This document shows positions 53,864 to 64,000 of a stretch of 64,000 nt of DNA, piece after piece. This DNA is from Octopus vulgaris (taxonomy: Eukaryota). Made by a program: the position numbers and the translations under genes. Where the stretch lies: contig OX597833.1 in NCBI GenBank assembly GCA_951406725.2, forward strand, positions 65,162,001 through 65,226,000. Direction: 5' to 3'. The notes under the pieces were generated by a model that saw only the letters and a list, made by a program, of their open reading frames with translations, was not told the origin of the DNA and searched no databases. Each line of letters begins with the position of its first letter. Position 1 is the stretch's first letter.

Positions 53864-54168
53864 TGGAGGCGCAATGGCCCAGTGGTTAGGGCAGCGGACT
53901 CGCGGTCGGAGGATCGCGGTTTCGATTCCCAGACCGGGCGTTGTGTGTGTTTATTGAGCGAAAATACCTAAAAGCTCCACGAGGCTCCGGCAGGGGGTGG
54001 TGATCCCTGCTGTACTCCTTCATCACTCTTTCTCCCACTCTTTTTTCTGTTGGCCTGCTCGCTTAGCCAGCGGGGTGGCGTCGTTCGAAGGCTAAAACGA
54101 TGCGAACGCATTGTGACCAGCGATGTGTAAGCAACATCCGATGGTCTGGTCAGTCACGTGATCACGTG
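53864..54168 (+). mobile_element. SINE head B + tail 2
   Basis: Same head; tail gcttagccagcggggtggcgtc..gcattgtgaccagcg..gtcacgtgatcacgtg. Confidence 0.88.
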
Positions 54169-54189
54169 GTATATGTATGTATATAAGAA

Positions 54190-54500
54190 CACTCTGTCGG
54201 TTACGACGACGAGGGTCCCCGCGGATTCGATCAACGGAACAGCCTGCTCGTGAAATTAACGTGCAAATGACTGAGCAATCCACAGACACGCGTACCACTA
54301 TCATAGTTCTCAGGGAGATTCAGCGTGACACAGAGTGTGACAAGGCCGTCTATTTGAAACACAGGTACTACACAGTTTTGCCAGCTGAGTGGATTGGAGC
54401 AACGTGAAATAAAGTGTCTTGCCCAAGGACACAACGCGTCGCCGGAATCAAACTCACGACCTTACAATCGTGAGCATGAATGCCCTAACCACTAAGCCAC
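54190..54500 (-). mobile_element. SINE head C + tail 1, tail-to-tail with the preceding SINE
   Basis: Reverse complement of 3893-4200. Followed by a family A 3' half at 54501-54637. Confidence 0.85.
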
Positions 54501-55090
54501 CAAGTTCGGCAGAAGAAACCGATTGAATAAGTAGTAGGCTTACAAAGAATAAATCCTGGGGTCGATTTGCTCGACTAAAGGCGGTACTCCAGAATGGCCG
54601 CGGTCAAATAATTGAAGCAAGTAACAGAGTAAAAGAGATTGTTTCAATAATGAACAAGATTTTCTCACGTGTGTTTTGTTGTTGTGAGAGTTTTCTCAAT
54701 GTCTTTACATTGTTCCATATTCCTCACGTCACACCTCTAAATATACTGAATTAACGACAAATGTGCCGCGTGGGATGGAGAGTCACTGAAGAGGTCACAG
54801 GATGTGTGAGGAGAGATTTGAGACAAAGGAAACTAAATTGAGAATAACGATAAAGCTGAATTGAACGAGTATAAACTGCGTGGGGTTATTTCGCACAAAC
54901 AATGGCCATCCGCAAATACAACGATGATGTCAACGATTTATCGAACATGTTTTTGTTGTATGCTTCTATAGCATATAACAATATGATTCTCTCTCTCTCT
55001 CTCTCTCTCCCAAATTCTTTCTCCCTCGCTCTGTCTCTCTCTCACTCACACACACTCACATATGTATATGGCCATTTTATAATATCTATA

Positions 55091-55145
<55 letters not shown>

Positions 55146-55194
55146 TGTGTGTGTGTATATGTGTATATATATGTATATATGTATATATGTGTAT

Positions 55195-55265
55195 AAACTT
55201 AGATAAACTTAGATATGTTTCGACCAAAGATTGGTCCAGGCCATGTCTAACTTAATAGCACCACC

Positions 55266-55269
<4 letters not shown>
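55195..55269 (-). mobile_element. Very short 3'-end copy of the same CR1-type LINE
   Basis: About 65 nt identical to 38098-38161 (acttagatatgtttcgaccaaagattggtccaggccatgtctaacttaatagcaccacctgat). Confidence 0.8.
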
Positions 55270-55309
<40 letters not shown>

Positions 55310-55423
55310 TTTCAATGCTGTAAATTGGAATATATATTGATCTCTAGATTATATATTCCGCAGAGAATAAAAGAATTACTAATATGAAAAACAAGTATTC
55401 GTGTGAACGGCAACGGAATACAG

Positions 55424-55484
<61 letters not shown>

Positions 55485-55573
55485 CAGACAGATAGATACA
55501 CAGACATGCAGATAGACATATAGACAGGATGGCAGGCAGAGAGATAGAGAGATAGATAGATACTTACATACGA

Positions 55574-55609
<36 letters not shown>

Positions 55610-56012
55610 TTAAGTGTGCCTGTGTGACTCTCTCTATATATATATTTACATACTAGTAAATGAATTTGTGTGCACATATGAATATGTATACATATATATG
55701 TGTGTGTGTGTGTGTGTATGTATGAGTGTGTGTGTGAATATATACTTATACATAAAATATACATACATATCTATATGTATATATGCATGCACGTATCTAT
55801 CAATTTATTCACCTACCTATATTTCACAGCCGATCGAAACAGTGCCTCCTTTAATAACAATTTTACGTGTTACCAAAACCATTTTCCATTTAACGAGGTT
55901 TGAGTCAAGAACGAATTTACACTTTCTGTTTCGACACTTCAATTAAAAGTCGGTGAAATAGATTAGTGCATCTCTAAAGAGAAATCATATACACCGGCGT
56001 ATATTTGTACAA

Positions 56013-56043
<31 letters not shown>

Positions 56044-56116
56044 TCTATGTATGTATGTATGTATGTATGTATGTATGTATGTATGTATGTATGTATGGAT
56101 GGATGGATGGATGGAT

Positions 56117-56303
56117 GCAAAGGTACATGAAGCTCAGTTACAGCTACAGTCGGCCATTACCAGTAAAGGTCTTAGTTGCCAATTTTGTACAAGACATTAT
56201 AGATCTTTAGCTGGGCTAAAAAGTCACATTCGATCACAGCACCAGTAACAGTTAAGCTTCGTGCAATGGCCATACTCGATAACGAGGGGGCAGCCATAAT
56301 ATT
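56117..56303 (+). mobile_element. RTE-type LINE 3' end inside (TATG)n
   Basis: Terminal C2H2-like peptide CQFCTRHYRSLAGLKSHIRSQH-stop, 3' hairpin ctcg-ataa-cgag, (TATG)n on both sides. Confidence 0.7.
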
Positions 56304-56437
56304 GTATGTATGTATGTATGTATGTATGTATGTATGTATGTATGTATGTATGTATGTATATATGTATGTATGTGTATACTTTACGCACACATACACAAAC
56401 ACATAACTATATGATATATTAAATTTATATACGCAAG

Positions 56438-57260
56438 AACTATCACTCCTCGCATGAGCGTGCTATTGTTTTTGATGTCTCAGAGGGTTTGGTCAATTAG
56501 CTCAGGAGCTCCACGATGTGACAGTGCACTCATCCCAAACAGTGATGCCCGTTTTTTTGGAAAACTGTTGCAATTGCAGAGTTTTGGGCAATGTTGCACA
56601 TTTGAGATTCTTTCTTCAATTCAAGGTTTAGAGGGAGCTTGAATATGTAATGAGCAGTTCTTCCCCCGTTGAGGAGGGTAGCTTCAATACCAGAAGATGC
56701 AACACTGGAAGAAGGTTAGATTTTATTTCCTCCCATTTAGGATTGCAGGTAAAAGTGACGAAAAGATCTGGTTTTCCATATGTCCTGACATATATCATAG
56801 CATCTTTTGTTCGTTCGTGCAGATATCGAGGACCACCTGTGAATGATGATGGGAGGATTATAAGTTATCCCATGTTTTGAATATTACCACTTATCCACCG
56901 ATCATTTTTGAGGTGAACACAATTTTTAACCTTGATTGTTACGAATGTAACATATCAACCAGTTATTGCTGGAACAGATCACGATAAGTGTGTAATTGAT
57001 TTGATTGTTATGGTTTTAACACCAGTTGGTAAGAATAGAAGTCCTTTGACTACACTTTTTTGGAATTGGCTCTTGTGTTGCTAGTTCAATCGGTGGAAAA
57101 GTGAAATGATAACCATCTGTTCCATTCCACAAAATAAGAGGACACTGGGGAGCATGATAAGGGGGATGAGTCTCTGAAACACGTTTAAGGTTGTTATCCC
57201 GAGCATGAATGAGAATATCGTGATTTTCATGGGGCTCACCTACCATATGGATGACTACCT
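56438..57260 (-). pseudogene. Internally deleted Helitron Rep-helicase fossil
   Basis: Minus-strand peptides DILIHARDNNLKRVSETHP..GTDGYH, ILPSSFTGGPRYLHERTKDAMIYVRTYGKPDLFVTFTCNPKW (Rep motif 1), then Pif1-like SGIEATLLNGGRTAHYIFKLPL and WDECT, with stops and frameshifts. Confidence 0.88.
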
Positions 57261-58372
57261 CTTTAGATTTGAGCTCATTAAAACGGCAGAAGTTGTCCTT
57301 TATTATAGTATACTATAGACGTAACGAAAACGGAAACACAGACACTCACAGACACATACACAATCGTAGGATTGATAATAATCAAAATAGCAAAAATTAC
57401 ACACGCGAATTTTAAGCAGTACGGAATGTAGTCAATATAGGTGCAGAGATTACTTCCTGTAGCATAGTTATTCCATTTCTTTTTTAAGGATTATTTCGAA
57501 AAGAAATATTCCAGCGTTGCAAAGTCACCAGTTTAGCAAAAATTAACAAAGTATATAAACTCAACGTTTATTTCGAACATGTACTAAATGTTATAAAATT
57601 CAGGATTTTATGTCACGGTGAAGGAATCCAAGCTCCAAGAAAATTCAGAAGGCGTAATTCAATTTTTCATAAAAAAATAATTTATTACTTTACAATTTGT
57701 AAACGATACTGGAGTCGACTTTACTCAAATCATTGAACTTAGAAGAAGCAGGACTGGCGCCAAGCACCGCGTTCTGATGCTTTGCTTTCCCAAAGGTTAG
57801 AAGCCGGTGCTTTCTTTATTGGCAAGAAATCTTGTAATAAACTCAATAATGGCATACATATATGTATGTGTGTCTGTCTTGTGCTTGTGTTTGTATATGA
57901 CCACCGCTTGACAAATGGTGTGGTTTGTTTACGATCCCCTAGCTTAACAGTTTGGCAACAAGGCACCAACAGGATAAGTCCCAGACATAAAACTTAGTAC
58001 AGAGGTCAATTTGGTGGACAGAAATCTTTAAAACAGCGGCCAAGCGTGGGCGCAGGCCAAAAACTAAAGCAACTACAATTTTCAGAATAACCGCGGAATT
58101 CCCACAGGTACTGTTATTTAATATACAAAGGTGTACATCTTCAGTTTGATTATATGTAACTTCATAGATTCAGACGAGAAAATATTCCAGACGAGCACAG
58201 ATCTCAGAAGGAAGAAGAAATTGAAATTACGAGAATTTTCCTTTAGCAATTTCTACTTTGCTTCATAGCGATTACGTTAGGTGAAACAGTTATTTAAGTT
58301 TTTATATAATTCACATATAAATATAGACATCTAGGTTTAAGCATTTGGTATCTGATATGTGCATAGACTCGT

Positions 58373-58438
<66 letters not shown>

Positions 58439-58576
58439 GATATATATATATATGTGTGTGTGTGTGTATGTTTATACGTATTTTCACACATACACGCATA
58501 TGTATATGCATATATGCTAATATATTTTATGTATCAATACCTACATGTATACATTTACAAACAAACCGAGATACAT

Positions 58577-58673
<97 letters not shown>

Positions 58674-58762
58674 TATATGTGTATATATATATATTTACAT
58701 GTATGCACACACATACACACATATATATATATACATATATATATATAAAACTTAAAAAACTT

Positions 58763-58852
<90 letters not shown>

Positions 58853-59073
58853 TATATGTAAGTATGTAGGTATATACCGACTTTATATTGCCAGAAATTA
58901 TAAGAAATTCGAGACATTTATTTAAATCTATACGAAATTTCCTCATTTACGCATATCTGCTACTTTTCAGAAACGAATTTTGTTTTCGGGTATGCAGAAA
59001 ACCATACACACACACACACACACACACACACATTCAGACATAGAGGTACACACAAGTATAATCACACACAGAT

Positions 59074-59131
<58 letters not shown>

Positions 59132-59327
59132 CAATATACATACGTATTCGCACTATTTGCCATTACCTTTATATAATGTAATATGGTGCCCCAAATGGCT
59201 AATAGAGACATCCAATATTCAGACAGCGATACGTGATTTAACAGTAAACTGAATAAATCTAACATAAAGTTTAATTTTTTTTCCAATCATTTTCGTTAAT
59301 GCTTGCAAGTGATATAACGGTTTCCTG

Positions 59328-59369
<42 letters not shown>

Positions 59370-59797
59370 GTGTGTCTATGCGTCATGATATATGTATGCA
59401 CACACACACACTCTCTCTCTCACACAAACAGACACTCACAAATAAAATAAATATATATATAGACTTACATAAATATACATACATGTCTATATACATGTAT
59501 GTGATACGGATATATATATATATATATATATATACATGAATATATAAATACATATATTTATATAAATATTTATATTTATCTACTCACACACACACATGTA
59601 TATACACATACATATAAATATATATGCATACCTATATATAAGTATATATACATATATATATATATATAAGCAAATATACATGCATATGTGTATTGATAGA
59701 TAGGTAGATAGAGATATGTATGTATATATAATTATATATGTATATATATATATATATATGTGTGTATATATACATACATATATACATATATATATAT

Positions 59798-59831
<34 letters not shown>

Positions 59832-60760
59832 ATGCATATATGTGTTTGTGTGCTAAAACTCAGGTACGCAATTCTATGAACACATTTACCTGAAGACACA
59901 CACATGACCATATATTTATAGTGACTGTGCATCATATTGCCATATATATTGTAACTATGCATAAACATTCGCATATAATTAATTGCAAGCATAAAACAGC
60001 CCCCGCCTCACACAAGCACTTTCTACACTTCCACATATATTTAAGCTGGGGTTTGTACATGTCTGTCCGTGTAGGCGTCTGTGTTTTTCCGTGTGTGTTT
60101 GTGTACATGTGTGTGAATTTTTTGTGTGTAAGTGTGTTATAGTCTGCTTCTCATCCTTAAGTCTCACATTCATCTATATTTATATCGCTAAATGTTAGTT
60201 TGCCACATATAAAAATGGTCGTCTGCCTATCTTGCAATCAGGAAACTCAAAATTGGGAAGCATACGTAACAGGCTAACGTAAATACATTTAGTGTTGTAC
60301 TGTAGATCCTGAACCATAGGAAGGAAGTCTCCTCTGAATTTACCATCACTAATATAATTACCTCTCAAACTTGCATCTGGTATTTTTTTTATTATAATTC
60401 TGTTATCTTACTTCCGAACCATTTTCCCCTCCTACTTTTATAATGCGTGTTTTCTTCTTAACTCCAGGATCATCTAATACCGTTTCCTTCTTTATGTCTG
60501 TCTACATTTATTTATTTATTTATTCCGGAATGCTGGACGATTCTAGAAATTCTACTCGCTTCGTGTTATGTCAGCAGGGATTGATATCCCATATTTGAAG
60601 CGAAATCATAAACGGCTTCGATATCACAACAATCGAAGTCCTGCAGTCGGCCAGAGCAAGAAAATTTGCTTGGTTTTACACACACACGCACACACTGATA
60701 GGTATGTATGTATAAATAGATAGATAAATAGATAGATATACGCACAGACAGACAGACAGC

Positions 60761-60851
<91 letters not shown>

Positions 60852-61006
60852 TTAAATAGATAGATACATGGATAGATAGATGGCGTGTGAGACAGATAAC
60901 TGATTACACGTGACTGAAAATGCATAAGTATATAGGTATTCAAGTATATGTATGTATGTACATATGTATGTACGTATGCATACATATTTTATATATGTAT
61001 ATATAC

Positions 61007-61038
<32 letters not shown>

Positions 61039-61730
61039 ATTGATATATATATATATATGTATATGAATGTATGTATGTACATATACATATATATATATAT
61101 ATACATATGTGAAAATTTACTGTTGAGAAAGGCCGCGTGACCGTCAATTATAAATAATTAAAAATACACATTAAGTAGAGGACATTACCAGCTTAGTGAA
61201 AAATTCGTAAACAAGAAGATTATGCAGAATCCTCAATATTGCTTTTTCCCCCCTCCTTCTTCATTGTCCTCTATCTTTCTTTTGCTTCTACTCTCTCTAC
61301 ACTCCCTTCGCTTCTCTCGTCCCGTCTCCTCTCTCTTGTACCCCTTCACCTTTGCTTGATCACACGCGACTACAAGCCATTTTCCCCCTCTGTCTGTCTT
61401 TTGGGGATGGGACGTCCAGCCAACTGGGCGTAATTTCTCTCGCCTCTCGAAATTTCTTTCATATTTTTTCTCTTTTGCTTATTTTTATCCTTTCAAAATT
61501 TTTAGCAGACGTTACCCACTACAATTCCTTATGGGATAACGGCCCTTAATATCTATCTTCGTCGATTGTCTTCTCTGTACGTCCACTCTGATGACGTTTG
61601 TTCTCTCGGAGCCCTAACTCTGATGAAGTTTTCCTGTCTTGTAAGTACTTATATGTACGTATATGCATAAATGTGTATAAATGCATATATGTAATATATA
61701 ATTGTATACATACACACATACATAGACATA

Positions 61731-61784
<54 letters not shown>

Positions 61785-64000
61785 TAGGAACGTTTATATA
61801 TATATATGTGTGTGTGTGTATAGCAGTACGTGGATACTCCTCACACATATATACATACACACATACATACATATACCGATCTCTATACGCACACGCATAC
61901 ACACATATATACACACACATGCACACATACACACATACATACACACGCATACATACACACATCTACATACACATACACTGAGAAAGCCTGAATAGAAGCT
62001 AAGATGGCTGATTACTCTCTTATGATGAATGACGATATGAAAGTTCGGTCAAATATACATCCGTTGGGAACTGGATGCTGCCATTTCCAAAGATCAGCTT
62101 TGTAATCATTGTATATTCCACTGAATGGTATATTGTCCGCTATTAATTATTATCGCTAGTAGTGGATGTGATGTGTGATACAATGCTAATTAAGACGACC
62201 AGTATTGGTTGTAGTAGGTCGGATTCTGGAGCTGCTGCGGCTGGTGGTGGTGGTGGTGGTGATGGTGGTGGTGTTTGATGATAACTGCCATCTTTATCAT
62301 CACGGCAACGGATAGCAACAAGCTTAACACTGAATATATACACACACAAGCCCACACACACATACGCACCCAGATACATAGACATGCATAAATAATTATA
62401 TTTATATACATATATAGGTGTGTGTGTATGTGTCATAGATATATAAGCATGTAAAAACATGTGTGTATATATATATATATATATATATTTATTTATTTAT
62501 TTATTTATACCGTATAAATTTTAAGCTTTACTTATACTGCTCATTGGAGGCGATCATGTGAGGATGCCTCTATAAGAGGTTTAGTTAAACAAATCAAACC
62601 CAGTGCTGTATTTTTCTTCTTTTTTTTTCTAGTCTGTTGTTCCATTGGTGATATATTTTGCTGAAGCAACAACACGGTTGAAACAGATGAGAATTACAAA
62701 CACACACATCTGACAGGGCTTCGCCTAGTTTCTATCTCCTAGATTCATTCACTAGTAACATATCTACCTTCAGAGCTTAAACAATTACACTGAGGAACGA
62801 CAAAGGAACTGATGGAAAATTCACACTCAACACGCGGACCTGCCCATCACTCATTAGATAACGTCCAAAAATCACTAGGATTTCCCTGTACATACGTACT
62901 TGCACATATGCATGCCTTCATACATACACACACACATATATATATGTGTGTGTATATATATAAAAGTATATACATATGTATGTATATACATAAATATTTA
63001 TATTTACATATATACATCCATATATATATAAATATATAAATATATATATTTATATATGAATGGGTGTGTGTATGCATGTAAGTATATAAATTCAGATATC
63101 TATAGAAGACAAGACAGTTATGTGTTTCATCAAAGTCGTTCCAGATGTGACCATCTCCTTTCTCTGTATTCAATTCTACAATCAATACCTAATGTATCTT
63201 AAAGTATTTTATTAAGACCCTGCCTTTTGTTCTTTGTTAAGAAGAAATACTTTGAGCAGCCAGTATAAGGAATTTGGCGAAAACTATGCGGTGCACTAGT
63301 TGTTCTTATTTGCTCACATCTCAAAATGCGAATGTTATCTTCATCTGGATGTCAATACATTATGGAATCGGCTATATGATAATGCGTGGCATTTTGGAAT
63401 TTATATGCAACACCCGCCCGTACATTTGCGGATCTATAACGGCAAGCCCAGATTCAACATCACTACTAATATCTGTGCTCGAGACTCTTGCATTTATTTT
63501 TCCTATATAACGCAGTATCTATCCCTTTGTAGGAATTTTTTAAAGCACTATCCCTCCTTAACTCCTAACATCAAGTTTGATTTTAAATACCAGATACATG
63601 CTACCATAAGTCCTTCTCTGGTGGATGGAGCATGCATTCTGTTACAAAGTCACCAGAGACTCTTTCACATACACCTCACGAAGCCATACTTCTAAGTCTT
63701 TTACGGTTTCATTTTTCGAGCAAAGAAGCACTCATGTTTGCGACGCATGTCTGCCGCATTTTTTTTTTTATCTGCGTTTGCTGAATACCTGTGATTTTCT
63801 TTATGGATTGCAACAGTAGTAAAAGACGTGTTGATATTTTGGTGTGTAACTTCGAAGTTGTCATCTGCATTAATGGTGATAGTAGTGTTAGTCATGAAGT
63901 TGTCGATGTCGCTGGTAATTATACAGATATTGGAAGCTGGCTGTGGCGGTGATGATACCGGAGTTGTTAATCTTCGTGGAATTTCTGCTAACATCATGAG

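Noticed and set aside
61580-61645. Two CTGATGA boxes near a TA-rich boundary
   Set aside because: No downstream GAAA or convincing helices were found; possibly a decayed repeat, but unsupported.
63270-64000. Complex sequence with a 98-aa minus-strand ORF at the window edge (host exon or piggyBac-like fossil)
   Set aside because: No recognisable domain beyond a faint KP..KYG resemblance broken by stops; needs BLASTX and the adjacent sequence.

Overview
AT-rich, microsatellite-dense animal DNA with no recognisable host gene. It is intergenic or deep intronic, and the SINE families look like those of octopus/coleoid cephalopods (inference). Nearly all short ORFs in the track are artefacts of simple repeats or SINEs. 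The only intact coding unit is a near full-length L1/Tx1-type non-LTR retrotransposon (about 43047-48326), with a zinc-knuckle ORF1 and an intact APE-RT-CCHC ORF2, lying inside an (ATT)n array. The rest is about 25 tRNA-headed SINE copies from four modular families, plus fossils of CR1, RTE, R4/Dong, mariner/Tc1, Helitron and a MITE, and Penelope-type tail fragments in (TA)n tracts, several carrying minimal hammerhead ribozyme motifs. Top leads: (1) two diverged repeat copies (5059-5144 +, 23218-23302 -) hold all hammerhead core boxes and three covarying helices in a non-circularly permuted order; (2) Tx1 relatives sit in different microsatellites and share a 3' stem-loop tail with a SINE family; (3) a possible 45-nt GT-AG intron would fuse Tx1 ORF1 to ORF2 in frame. 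Coordinates and pairings were read by eye.
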